Of a stretch of 64,000 bases of DNA, positions 40,202 to 49,876 are shown one piece after another. The stretch covers positions 1 to 64,000 of the forward strand of contig JACVGT010000034.1 of the NCBI GenBank assembly GCA_018992685.1, in the 5' to 3' direction. Both the position numbers and the translations under genes were made by a program. The notes below the pieces were generated by a model. That model was given only the letters and a program-made list of their open reading frames with translations, ran no database searches and was not told the origin of the DNA. Positions within the stretch are counted from its first letter, which is position 1; each line of letters starts with the position of its first letter. This DNA is from Theionarchaea archaeon. GTDB lineage: Archaea; Methanobacteriota_B; Thermococci; Methanofastidiosales; SZ-28-30.

Positions 40202-41326
40202 TCATCCTTCAATTCTGGAAATATATTGGGGCGGAATGTGATCTGCCACATACACTATGTTGCTGGCCTTCTGGATGGAGACACCATTCTCCAGCGCCTT
40301 TTTAGCATCCACTTTCAGAAGGACAGGAACCTCACAGTGCCTTTTCCCCACCTCATGAGCAACCTCAATGGTTGGCGACAAATGGACTTTCTGTCTGCCT
40401 TTGGGGTTCAGCCCTTCTCTCAGAATGCGAGCTGCCGCTTTCTCTGTTGTCCCATGGTACAAAACGTGAATGTCAGCTGGATTAAGATCTATTGAGACGG
40501 GGTAGGAATGTCCATAGACTGCCCGTATCTTCTCGTGAGAAATCTCAAATCTCCCCTTACTGTCACTATCTGCCACAGACTGAACAACTTGACCACCCAC
40601 TCCAAGTTTCTTTCGCACCATTCTGGTCACTTCATTGAGGGGGACAAACCCACTTTCTGAAATGCTGGGAGGAGGATGATGTCTTAGTATGTAGCTTATG
40701 TACTTGGACACCTCTTCTCGTGTGATCGTCATGAGAACCCGTGTGGGAGTGATTATGCTGTCAACGGTGAAGTCCCAGGCATCCTGAGGAACCCAATCAA
40801 CAACCTGCATGTCATGGACAGTGACTACAATGGGTGAAGCAGGAATTTTACCGTTGGTTCTCAGAATTTGAATCTCTCTGTCTCCATATCCACCCCCCTT
40901 TCCGATTCTCCCTCCCATAAGATCAACTGCCACTGCTCCCTGGACCACCAGGTCTACTGCAGGAATATTGTCCTCAGGCAGTGACATACCCTGAGTAAGA
41001 GCACCTCTAATGGTCGATGCCTTTGCCTCAGTTCCTTTCACGGGGTTGACTTGGAGGAATCCTGATCTCAACCGAGGAGTTGGCATTATCAGAGTCTTTC
41101 CCTGTCGCAGCACCAATTCCCGGACGGGTGTTTGAGGTGAATCGGGAGCTACAAAAACGGTGCGGGCATTCTTGAATATGTCCAGCGTTCCAAGGCGTGA
41201 AGCTGCCCTTTCAGCTCCTTCAAAGTTAGGAATTCTCCCCCATGCGTAAGGAAATCGTTCTACACCTGCCATTTTCATTTTTTTCCAGATACTCTCTCGC
41301 ATGACCTGTTTATCCGGACTCTTCAT
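40202..41326 (-). CDS. Fusion: 5-formyl-THF cyclo-ligase-like (MTHFSD-type) domain plus RNA 2'-phosphotransferase (Tpt1/KptA)
   Basis: N: RIPNFEGA, PDSPQ, PTPRL, GRIGKGGGYGDRE. C: SKYISYILRH, KGRF, IRAVYGHS, LYHGT, RQKVHLS. Confidence 0.85.
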   Translation of the reverse strand: MKSPDKQVMRESIWKKMKMAGVERFPYAWGRIPNFEGAERAASRLGTLDIFKNARTVFVAPDSPQTPVRELVLRQGKTLIMPTPRLRSGFLQVNPVKGTEAKASTIRGALTQGMSLPEDNIPAVDLVVQGAVAVDLMGGRIGKGGGYGDREIQILRTNGKIPASPIVVTVHDMQVVDWVPQDAWDFTVDSIITPTRVLMTITREEVSKYISYILRHHPPPSISESGFVPLNEVTRMVRKKLGVGGQVVQSVADSDSKGRFEISHEKIRAVYGHSYPVSIDLNPADIHVLYHGTTEKAAARILREGLNPKGRQKVHLSPTIEVAHEVGKRHCEVPVLLKVDAKKALENGVSIQKASNIVYVADHIPPQYISRIEG

Positions 41327-41513
41327 GTAATCACGTTTCCTCAGGCAGCCATAAAAAGTGTTTGTGAACCCCGCTTTCGAAGTTCCCGTGTGTCTTTCAG
41401 CATACAGGAAAAGGTAATCACTCTTTGAACAGAGTCTCACCGCATCTGTCAGCAAGAATGATCTCCTCAGAATTCAGGTTGAACATGTTCCAAAAAAGAA
41501 AAGAAAGAAGGAA

Positions 41514-42284
41514 TTACTTTTTCTGTTCCTTGGGTAAGAACGCACGCAGTATCTCAATGGGGAAGGGCAGCACGACAGTGCTGGCATTCTCTGCACTGAC
41601 CTCACTGATTGTCCGCAGTGTTCTCAGCTGCAGTGCTATGGGCTCTGCTGCCATTACGTGAGCTGCCTCAGCGAGTTTCTGAGCAGCCTGGAACTCACCT
41701 TCTGCGTTGATGATCTTTGCTCGTCTATCTCGCTCTGCTTCTGCTTGAGCAGCCATTGCTCTCTGCATGGTTTTGGGGATTTCTACGTCTTTAATTTCCA
41801 CAGTAGATACTTTGATTCCCCAAGGATCTGTGGCTTCATCAATAATCTCCTGGAGCTTGGTGTTGAGCTGCTCTCTCTCTGCAAGCAACTGGTCCAGATG
41901 AGCCTGACCAATCACACTTCTCAAGGTAGTCTGTGAGATCTGCTGCGTGGCTGCAATGAAGTTCTGAACCTGGACAATGGACTTTTCAGGGTCCATTACC
42001 CTGAAGTACACCACAGCATTCACCCGCACAGGGACATTGTCCTTGGTGATTACCTCCTGCACAGGAACATCAATGACAGCAGTTCGCAGATCAATCCTGA
42101 ACATCTTATCAACGAGGGGAATGATGAGAAACAGACCGGGGCCCTTGGCACCCAGCAGTCTCCCCAGCCTAAAGATGACACCCCGTTCATATTCTTTCAC
42201 GATCTTAATTGCGTTGCTCAGGAAGATTACTATTATGAAGAATACAATGAAAATCGCCGGAAACAATGAACCGATATCGACCAT
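41514..42284 (-). CDS. Stomatin-like SPFH protein (slipin)
   Basis: EYERGVIFRLGR, TTLRSVIG, PWGIKV, QAEAER. Confidence 0.95.
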   Translation of the reverse strand: MVDIGSLFPAIFIVFFIIVIFLSNAIKIVKEYERGVIFRLGRLLGAKGPGLFLIIPLVDKMFRIDLRTAVIDVPVQEVITKDNVPVRVNAVVYFRVMDPEKSIVQVQNFIAATQQISQTTLRSVIGQAHLDQLLAEREQLNTKLQEIIDEATDPWGIKVSTVEIKDVEIPKTMQRAMAAQAEAERDRRAKIINAEGEFQAAQKLAEAAHVMAAEPIALQLRTLRTISEVSAENASTVVLPFPIEILRAFLPKEQKK

Positions 42285-42297
42285 TTTATCACCTCCA

Positions 42298-43626
42298 TTA
42301 TGTTTCTTTCTCCACAATCAGGAGAAGACCCTCCCGGTCTATTACTCTCACTTTGTCACCTTTTTTGATCTTTTGCCTGGATTCGGCCTTCCACCGTTCT
42401 CCTCTGATCTTGATCTGTCCTTCAGGGTCCAGATCCTCCACCGCCTTTCCTACCATGCCCAGGATTTCTTCTCCCCCCGTCTTTGCTTTGGAAAGGCGTA
42501 GCTTAACTACCTTGTATAGAGCAAAGGCGAAGAAGGTTGCGGTCACAATGGTTACAGCTATGATCACGTATCTGAACTCCACGTACCATTCCCTGGATAC
42601 GAATCGAGACAACGTCTCCGTATCGCCGACGCCGACTCTGAACAACATCAAAGAGCCGAAGAACAAGCAGACTGCTCCTGCTGAAACAAATAACCCAAAG
42701 GTTGGAGTTGCTGCTTCAATAATGAAGAATATAAATGCTGCTATAATCAGAATAATGCCTCCCGCATTCAGATTTACGTATCCAAATCCGATTATGGCCA
42801 AAATCAGGCAGATGGCTCCCACCGTCTCTGGGACATGCCATCCAGGTGAAAGAAATCCGAAAATCAACCCATAGATCCCAATCATGAACAGCACATATGT
42901 GATGGTGGGGCTTGTTATTACGGAAAGGATTTTCTCGACGAGACCCATCTGGATCTCCACGATTTCGGCACCCTCAAGATGGAGCACCTGCACTTCACCA
43001 AATACAGGACCCCTGGTTTTCATCCCATCCGATTTCTCCAGAACCTCTGTTAAATCAGAGGCAATGACATCTGCCATGTCGGCCTCCAGCGCTTCTTCTG
43101 CAGTCAGGGTGAGGTTCTCCAACACGAATTTCTCAGCGAGTTCCGCATCCCGTCCATGGGATTCGGCCAGAGAACGCATGACACCTGCATAGAACCTCTT
43201 GTACTTTTCGGGGGCTTCCTGTATCTGCCCCGTCATGGGGTCATAACCAATGATAGGTTCACAGGCCCCCATGGATGTTCCAGGTGCCATAGCCACTAGA
43301 TGAGCCCCCATGGAGATGAACGTCCCTGCAGACGCTGCAATCGCTCCCTGAGGAGCTACATAAATGAGCACAGGAATCTGAGACTGGTCGATAAGCTGGA
43401 TGATGCGCATCATGGCATCTCCTGCCCCCCCTGGCGTGTCAAGTTGAATAATGAGAGCGGACGCATCTTCTGAGACTGCAGTCTTAATTGCATCTTCAAA
43501 AACACGTTCCGTAGAAGGATTGATCTCTGCTGAAATCTTGATTAAATAGACTTGCTTGGACTGAGCTCCGGCCTGGCAAGCCAAGAAGAGCATTGCAATG
43601 AAAAAATACAGATACACTTTTCTCAT
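42298..43626 (-). CDS. nfeD: NfeD/STOPP membrane-bound serine protease
   Basis: LDTPGG, AASAG, TM region, C-terminal OB fold GERWKA; upstream of stomatin. Confidence 0.9.
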   Translation of the reverse strand: MRKVYLYFFIAMLFLACQAGAQSKQVYLIKISAEINPSTERVFEDAIKTAVSEDASALIIQLDTPGGAGDAMMRIIQLIDQSQIPVLIYVAPQGAIAASAGTFISMGAHLVAMAPGTSMGACEPIIGYDPMTGQIQEAPEKYKRFYAGVMRSLAESHGRDAELAEKFVLENLTLTAEEALEADMADVIASDLTEVLEKSDGMKTRGPVFGEVQVLHLEGAEIVEIQMGLVEKILSVITSPTITYVLFMIGIYGLIFGFLSPGWHVPETVGAICLILAIIGFGYVNLNAGGIILIIAAFIFFIIEAATPTFGLFVSAGAVCLFFGSLMLFRVGVGDTETLSRFVSREWYVEFRYVIIAVTIVTATFFAFALYKVVKLRLSKAKTGGEEILGMVGKAVEDLDPEGQIKIRGERWKAESRQKIKKGDKVRVIDREGLLLIVEKET

Positions 43627-43716
43627 GGGGAGATGTGATTCTAGAAATATTTAAAGGTTGTGGTTTTCACAGAAGAGATCGTTCTTGAGAGCTGGCAATA
43701 GTCTCGCGAAAAAAAG

Positions 43717-43809
43717 TGGACTGGGAGGGATTTGAACCCCCGGCCCCCTCCATTTTGGCTACCATTGATGTTGCCAAGGAGGTGCGCTTCCGAACTGCGC
43801 TACCAGCCC
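43717..43809 (-). tRNA. tRNA-Ala(GGC) with a 19-nt intron at position 37/38
   Basis: GGGCTGG/CCAGTCC acceptor with G3-U70; anticodon GGC at 43775-43773; intron 43771-43753; GGTTCAAATCC T-arm; TATA upstream, T-run downstream; no encoded CCA. Confidence 0.95.
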
Positions 43810-43895
43810 TTACTATCACCGTGACATTATCGTATATAAAGATTGTGGTAAAGTCTTCACAGCAGCAAGATGTCTCTGTCCCTAACCATGGAGTC

Positions 43896-44654
43896 CTAAT
43901 AATTCTGACGCTTCTGGAGTTCTTGGGTGATTTTCACAATTCTCAGCATATCCAAGGCTTCTTCCCGGCTGGCTGCTGCAATATATCCACAGGAGACCAT
44001 GATGCTGCCTTCCAGGTTCAGCCGCTTGATGGCCACATCAATATCCTCGTTTCGGGGAGAAGGACTGCCTGAAATCTCCTTCCACAATTCATCCAGGGGA
44101 AAAGAAAGTAAGTCCTTAGTCTCAATATCATCGAAGTCATGCTTTTCTCTTCTGATGATCTTTATCTCTCTCCTGAGGTCTTGTACAGTACGTTTCAAAT
44201 GCTCAGATTCCTCCAAGATCTTCTCCAGGAAGATCTCTTTCTCTTTCAGTTCGGCGTATTCAGTTCGCATCTCCAGGTATTCTTCCTCCTTTGCCTTGAG
44301 GTTCTCTGCCTCTTCTTCAAGTTCTATCAGGCGAGACAGCATGCCGATGCAGTGCATGGCTGATCTGATCATCCCATCTCTCAACGCCTTCTTGATTTTT
44401 GATGTGTCGTCGCTACCAGGAAGTTGTACGTGTTCCACATGACCCACCGACAGATCGGACAGCTCATTCTCCAAATTCTCTGATGCTACCAGGAGAATGT
44501 CTGCTCCCTTTGCAGCTTTTCTCACCACCTGTGGATCAGTAGTGGGTATAATGGAGGAAATGCTAACATCAATATCCATGAATGAGGAATCTTTCAGAAT
44601 CTTGGACAGAATTTCAACCTTTTCAGGATCTGTGGCAATTCTGATATCGATCAT
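43896..44654 (-). CDS. Toprim-like domain plus coiled-coil archaeal protein (COG4026-like)
   Basis: IDIRI...ISSIIPTT...[11 protein letters not shown] followed by a coiled coil. Confidence 0.7.
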   Translation of the reverse strand: MIDIRIATDPEKVEILSKILKDSSFMDIDVSISSIIPTTDPQVVRKAAKGADILLVASENLENELSDLSVGHVEHVQLPGSDDTSKIKKALRDGMIRSAMHCIGMLSRLIELEEEAENLKAKEEEYLEMRTEYAELKEKEIFLEKILEESEHLKRTVQDLRREIKIIRREKHDFDDIETKDLLSFPLDELWKEISGSPSPRNEDIDVAIKRLNLEGSIMVSCGYIAAASREEALDMLRIVKITQELQKRQNY

Positions 44655-44815
44655 GACCTCTTACTCCATACGTACCCCCTGATTTTCCGTGATCTCCCGA
44701 AACCACAGCTAGAGCACCTTCGTTTCCGTATATGATAAGAATGATTGCCACATCGTCTGCACCTGACATGGGTTCGTTTATTCTTCTTTCCAAAAGAAGG
44801 GGTACCTTTTCCCAT
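44651..44815 (-). CDS. rpl37e: 50S ribosomal protein L37e
   Basis: Hand-translated 54 aa: [23 protein letters not shown]...CSSCGFG; follows the Sm gene. Confidence 0.97.
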   Translation of the reverse strand: MGKGTPSFGKKNKRTHVRCRRCGNHSYHIRKRRCSSCGFGRSRKIRGYVWSKRS

Positions 44816-44827
44816 ACATACCACCCG

Positions 44828-45055
44828 CTATCTGATGGTAGGTGAAATCAGAACGACGTTGTCTCCGCGGACCACCACATGACCCAGGCTTCGCACAGCT
44901 TCACCATTGTTCAATTCCTCTGCTTCTTCAAGCACCAGATTCATGTGAATGTCATAACCAACCAGCTTTCCACGAAATTCTCGTGATCCTTTCAACTCCA
45001 CGATTACATTACTGTCTAAGGCTTTGTGTATCACATCAAGCGGTTTTTCTGCCAA
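44828..45055 (-). CDS. Sm-like archaeal protein (SmAP1/Lsm)
   Basis: [20 protein letters not shown]; conserved linkage to rpl37e. Confidence 0.95.
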   Translation of the reverse strand: MAEKPLDVIHKALDSNVIVELKGSREFRGKLVGYDIHMNLVLEEAEELNNGEAVRSLGHVVVRGDNVVLISPTIR

Positions 45056-45275
45056 AGAATCACCTCTGCCGACTCTAGGAAAAGGTAAGTATTTAAAGTT
45101 AACGGAAGGCCTCGTTCACGCAGGTTCTGTGAAAGTAAATGAGGTCAAAGATGGAACCAAGTTGCCTGTAACGCTGTTCTGGACACGCTCGATGCAGTTG
45201 GTGCTGTCGAGAGTGCCAGCTTTCACGCGTCAATTCCTACGAAGCATTTTTATATTCTAATGAGGATTTTCAGTG

Positions 45276-45770
45276 ATGGAAATAAAGAAGAGGCATGATC
45301 TGAAATCTTCAAAAGTCAAGGATCTCAAGAATCAGGTGAAGGAGGAGCTTGGTGAAGAATTCTCACATCTTCTGGACGGCACTCGATTTGAGGTCTGCAC
45401 CACCGACACTGACATCAGCCTCATTGTGGTTGACGGGACTCCCGTACTCATGCGGAAAAAAGTGCTATTCCCAACCCTGAAAGCATTTGTGGATGTTGAC
45501 TGCAGAACCATCAAACATCATGTCACCGTGGACATGGGGGCAGTTCCCTATGTCACGAATGGTGCAGATGTCATGCGTCCGGGCATCATCGAAATCGATG
45601 AATCTCTAGAGGCGGGAGATTTCGTGATCATCACTGAAGAGCGACACGGGAAGCCTCTGGCTGTAGGGGAGACACTGTACAGCAGCAGGGAAATCATTGA
45701 CATGGACCAGGGAAAGATGATAAAGACCATCCATTACGTGGGAGATAAAATGTGGAAGCTCACTCTATAG
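45276..45770 (+). CDS. PUA-domain RNA-binding protein (DUF1947/MCT-1-like)
   Basis: VDMGAVPYVTNGADVMRPGI, HYVGD. Confidence 0.9.
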   Translation: MEIKKRHDLKSSKVKDLKNQVKEELGEEFSHLLDGTRFEVCTTDTDISLIVVDGTPVLMRKKVLFPTLKAFVDVDCRTIKHHVTVDMGAVPYVTNGADVMRPGIIEIDESLEAGDFVIITEERHGKPLAVGETLYSSREIIDMDQGKMIKTIHYVGDKMWKLTL

Positions 45771-46298
45771 CTATTCCGTCCTCATGGCCTCAACCATCCT
45801 GAATAACTCATCTATTTCAGGGGAGAAGTCCTTTCTGTTCCAATCGTTTTTCCAGAAGTGTTCAAGCCCCCGATACCCTGCTTTTTCATATCGAAGAGCC
45901 TGCATATACAGTTCCAATTTGTCGCATGCAGCCACAATGTGGGCTTCTCGTGTTGAACGTCCAGCAAATTCCTTCCAGAGCTCAAGATATTCACCCGAGA
46001 GCATATCCCTGGCTGCGCGTTCCTCCGCTTTGTGTAGCACCGCCCTGCCCAGGTACTCTTGACTTTCATAGTGAATGTCTCCCAATTTAGATTCAGTGAT
46101 GTCATGGATGAGTGCCATTTTGATCATTCTTTCAGTGTTCAGATGGAGTTGGTCTCCCAAGAGCATACTGAGAAGAGCCACTCCAAACGTGTGATCTGCA
46201 ACACTTTCTGGCCTGTCTACTCCAGAAAGCTTCCATCCTGTCCTGAAGACATCCTTCAGCTTTTCAGCTATCATCATAAACTGTATTACCTGGTTCAT
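45771..46298 (-). CDS. HD-domain hydrolase (YfbR/HDDC2-like)
   Basis: RTGW, ESVADH, IHD, DKLE. Confidence 0.9.
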   Translation of the reverse strand: MNQVIQFMMIAEKLKDVFRTGWKLSGVDRPESVADHTFGVALLSMLLGDQLHLNTERMIKMALIHDITESKLGDIHYESQEYLGRAVLHKAEERAARDMLSGEYLELWKEFAGRSTREAHIVAACDKLELYMQALRYEKAGYRGLEHFWKNDWNRKDFSPEIDELFRMVEAMRTE

Positions 46299-46589
46299 GC
46301 TCCTCTTGACACCAGAGCTCTTAAGTAGTTGTTGACCTATGCACTCTTCCTTGGAGAGTTCCACGATTATCTGGCTCTGACTGTCTCCTCGTGTGGGCGT
46401 GGTGGGGCGTACCAACACAAAAAATCAAATGGGTTATTACTCACGTTGCCAGAGACACGAACTGCGAAGGATATCTAGTCCATCTTCACCATAATTTTTA
46501 CCTTGAGTTGCCGACAAAACCGAAAAGTTTATAAAGGAGTATTCTGTTGTTACAGTGACAACAAAAAACCAAAATCAAAAGGTGATAAA

Positions 46590-46910
46590 ATGGACGAATT
46601 GACAGAAGAAAAAGCAGAAATCAGGATAGTGGCGGACAAGGGATCGCTTCAAGCTATAGAATATACTGTAGAATTGTTGCGAGAACTGATTCCCACACTT
46701 CCTGAGATCTCCAAGGAACAAGTAGAAGAGACAATTGAGCTGATAAGTCAGGCCAAAGAGAAGATTCTCCCCGAGTTACCCACCTTCAAGGAGATGGTGG
46801 ATACTCTGGGTGAACGGGAAGCAGAAGTGCGGATCAGATTCAACAATCTTACAGTGGATGGCGAGACGCACGTGGTGGTCACTCCCTTCAAAAAGGTACA
46901 CATCGCATGA
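46590..46910 (+). CDS. Hypothetical protein
   Basis: GGTGA RBS; overlapping operon with the next two genes. Confidence 0.7.
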   Translation: MDELTEEKAEIRIVADKGSLQAIEYTVELLRELIPTLPEISKEQVEETIELISQAKEKILPELPTFKEMVDTLGEREAEVRIRFNNLTVDGETHVVVTPFKKVHIA

Positions 46911-47299
46911 TTCCGGTAAGTTCGCTGCTCCGGATGACTGACCTCATTCAGCAGGGGTCAGTGGAAATCCACATTGGCGAAAGCTCCATAGTGGTGGAAC
47001 GTGATGTCATTACTGTTGATCTGTGTGGACTCAAGGATTCCTTGCTGATCAGCAGACAGGACATCCTTCCCCAGTTGAGACAGCTCTCAGAATTGTTCTC
47101 TCAGGAGGGCAAGACACTGGTGATAAAGTACGAGCATTCAAAAATGTTGAAATTGGGTGCGCATACAGACTCTGTGCTCCTGCGTCTGATCGGGCTGGAC
47201 CGTGTTGCCATCAGAAACCCTGTGACTGTGTATCGATTCTTGAGAAGCCAGGGAAAGGGGGAGCTGCGCTACCCTCTCTTTCGTGAGGGATGCACATGA
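46907..47299 (+). CDS. Hypothetical protein
   Basis: ATGA overlaps on both sides. Confidence 0.7.
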   Translation: MIPVSSLLRMTDLIQQGSVEIHIGESSIVVERDVITVDLCGLKDSLLISRQDILPQLRQLSELFSQEGKTLVIKYEHSKMLKLGAHTDSVLLRLIGLDRVAIRNPVTVYRFLRSQGKGELRYPLFREGCT

Positions 47300-47820
47300 C
47301 AGAAGAAGAGGATCTGAGAAGAGAGGTCTTGCGGCTGAGAGAAGAGATCGACGAGCTAAAGTCGGACAAGAAGCATGAGGAAGAGGAGCGCATCATGAAG
47401 GCTCTGCAGTGGCTGAACCTGGGAGAGGCAAAAGCCAAAGCGTACATATACCTGGTGAGAAAGGGGAAAGCCACAGCAGACGATGTTGCAGAAGGCGCAC
47501 AGCTCTACCCCACCACAGCCAGGGAAGTCCTGAACAGTCTCACAGCCACAGGAATTGTCGAGAGGGAGAAGCTGGAAACAGACAGTGCAGGGAGAAAACC
47601 CTTTGTTTATACTCCCCTGCCCCCCTCAGAGCTTCTGAGGAAACAGGCTCACCATATTGAACAGACCCTCTCTGAGCTCTTACGACTGGAATTTGTTAAG
47701 AAAGAAGGGGAAATACAATTCAAGACACCCCTTCTTCCTATTAGAATTGAAATAAAGAGAGTACGGGGAGAAAAGGACAGGGAGTCTCAGGAACAGCAAT
47801 CAAAAAAAGAAAGAGAATAG
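47296..47820 (+). CDS. TrmB-family transcriptional regulator
   Basis: AKAYIYLVRKGKATADDVAE...GIVER...YTPLPP. Confidence 0.85.
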   Translation: MTEEEDLRREVLRLREEIDELKSDKKHEEEERIMKALQWLNLGEAKAKAYIYLVRKGKATADDVAEGAQLYPTTAREVLNSLTATGIVEREKLETDSAGRKPFVYTPLPPSELLRKQAHHIEQTLSELLRLEFVKKEGEIQFKTPLLPIRIEIKRVRGEKDRESQEQQSKKERE

Positions 47821-47823
47821 AGA

Positions 47824-48000
47824 TCAATCTTTGCCTAGAAAGATTGCTAAACCACCCAAGATGATGAGGAGCAGACCGATTCCTCCCTTTATGAGGATTA
47901 TGAGCTCCTTGTACCATCCGAGTCCTGGGGACGGGAGCAAGGTCCATGCACCGATAATGATAGCGATGATCCCTCCCAACAAGATGACATACTTGTTCAT
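47824..48000 (-). CDS. Small two-TM membrane protein (58 aa)
   Basis: Hand-translated MNKYVILLGGIIAIIIGAW...ELIILIKGGIGLLLIILGG; GGTGA RBS. Confidence 0.65.
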   Translation of the reverse strand: MNKYVILLGGIIAIIIGAWTLLPSPGLGWYKELIILIKGGIGLLLIILGGLAIFLGKD

Positions 48001-48272
48001 CTAGGTCACCATATGGAAGTATGACAGATACTCTTAAAAAGTTTTCGAATAAGAGAAAAGGAATTCTAAAAAGAAGGAAAATTCGTGCCACCAGTGCATC
48101 ATTCTCAATTCAGTTTTGCCTTCTCATTCTTCTCGGGTTAATCAGAGGGAATGGATGTCCAGAATTTCGAGGAGATTGAGAGAGATCGGGGTTCGGTGGG
48201 TGATCTGATGGCGTACCATGAAAGGAGAGGGTTCAACGAACCTGAGTGCAAACCTTTTTTATGATACCCATC

Positions 48273-49043
48273 ATGGATGTAGTGATGACTGCGGTCAAGC
48301 TGAGAATCCAAGACCTCATAGAGGGTACTTTTGACGGTACAAGTGTTCACACCCCTTTTGGTGAGGTTTCAGAAGCCAGAGTTCTGGGCACTCTTATTGA
48401 CATTTTCACAACGGATGATGACAATTATATATCATTGACACTCGATGATGGGACAGAGACGATTCGGATAAAAGCATGGCGACAGGATGTCAAGAAGCTG
48501 AAACAGTTTTCACGGGGGGACTTCATTGAGGTGGTGGGCAAGATCAGAGAGTACAATGAGGAGATCTACCTGACGCCAGAGGTTGTCTCAATTGTTTCTC
48601 CCAACCGATGGATTTTGCGGGAGCTTGAATTGATGAAGATATATCTTGAAGCTGGCGGACCCTTGAAGAGAATGGAACCCAGGACGCAGAATGCACCACC
48701 AGGACAGCCAGCAATCTCAGAGGCAGAAGAGGAGCGTGACATATCCGGGGAATCTGTATCTCACCCCGGCGCAGTGCAGCCTGAAAAAAAGCTGCCGCCT
48801 TCGTTGCCCCCATCTGAAACGTCTGCGCCCGAAGTGGAGATTGGCCAGATTGAGGAATTCGAAATACTGGGAGAAGACGAGGTGGTGGAGACGGTGCTTG
48901 GTCTTCTGGAAGAGGCCATGACCAAAGAGGACCTCATAGAGCAATCTGGACTTGATGAAATAGACATTGAACTGTCACTGAGAGAGCTTCTGGATGAAAA
49001 GAAGATACAGAAAGAGGGAGATAAATATCGCAGGGTGAAATGA
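48273..49043 (+). CDS. RPA32-like OB-fold single-stranded DNA-binding protein
   Basis: LDDGTETIRIKAW...VEVVGKIREY; linker; C-terminal wHTH. Confidence 0.8.
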   Translation: MDVVMTAVKLRIQDLIEGTFDGTSVHTPFGEVSEARVLGTLIDIFTTDDDNYISLTLDDGTETIRIKAWRQDVKKLKQFSRGDFIEVVGKIREYNEEIYLTPEVVSIVSPNRWILRELELMKIYLEAGGPLKRMEPRTQNAPPGQPAISEAEEERDISGESVSHPGAVQPEKKLPPSLPPSETSAPEVEIGQIEEFEILGEDEVVETVLGLLEEAMTKEDLIEQSGLDEIDIELSLRELLDEKKIQKEGDKYRRVK

Positions 49044-49088
49044 ATACGCTCCCCAGAAAAGATCAAAGGAGATTGGAAATCGCGAATG

Positions 49089-49577
49089 TCATGAGGTTTT
49101 TCGTGCAAAGTATATGATCAGGTAAATCCCCAGCGCCACAAGAACCAGGGCAAAGACATCTACGTCTTCCACAATGTGCTGTGACACCCCATAGATGATT
49201 GCCACGATTCCCAGGCCAACAGTAGCCTTGCTGATGGGGATGCCTATTCTCGAACGAGCAAAGTTCAAGGACAGCCATATGATTCCCACACCAATGGGAA
49301 TAGCTCCCTCCAGGTTCGTGTGATATACATTTTGTATTGTCCACACAAGCCCGATAAGTATGAAAAATGCTGCCCATGCTATGCCTTCAAGATTTCTACC
49401 CTGAGAACGATCTACCTCAACTCTGCCCTCAGAAACACTCAGGGGTCCAACTCGCACTTTTTCTTCTCCTTTTTTGCCTTTCACTTCGATCGGCCCAACT
49501 CTGACATATGAGCCTTCTTCGTCTTCCCTCACTTTGAGGAAAGGAAGATCAACATCAACTTTTTTCTTCTCTGCCAC
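49089..49577 (-). CDS. Membrane protein
   Basis: N-terminal VRVGP repeats, four TM helices. Confidence 0.7.
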   Translation of the reverse strand: MAEKKKVDVDLPFLKVREDEEGSYVRVGPIEVKGKKGEEKVRVGPLSVSEGRVEVDRSQGRNLEGIAWAAFFILIGLVWTIQNVYHTNLEGAIPIGVGIIWLSLNFARSRIGIPISKATVGLGIVAIIYGVSQHIVEDVDVFALVLVALGIYLIIYFARKTS

Positions 49578-49777
49578 ATTCTCACCTGGCAGAACATGGA
49601 TTCAACATATAAAAGCCTTTTCACTTTCCACTTCTCCTCTCGTGGCACCCCATGGGTGACTCCACATACTCATGGAATGAACTGTTGACTTTCTGGAAGG
49701 GGAACTGCAGAATGATACTCTTTGAAATGACAATTCACACTGAAAAACTTTTTAAACCCCGGTGGAGTCTTCCACAC

Positions 49778-49876
49778 ATGGAGAACTATCTCGTCCTCCT
49801 GGCGCTCTATATTGTAGCTGCTTTTGCTCTCTTTCTCTTTGTAGTATGGGATGAGTATGGTGGGTCCTATGAATGA
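49778..49876 (+). CDS. Small membrane peptide preceding the symporter (possible accessory subunit)
   Basis: MENYLVLLALYIVAAFALFLFVVWDEYGGSYE; after a TATA box; overlaps the symporter start. Confidence 0.55.
   Translation: MENYLVLLALYIVAAFALFLFVVWDEYGGSYE

Noticed and set aside
43716-44072. ORF MDWEGFEPPAP...
   Set aside because: Antisense translation of the tRNA gene
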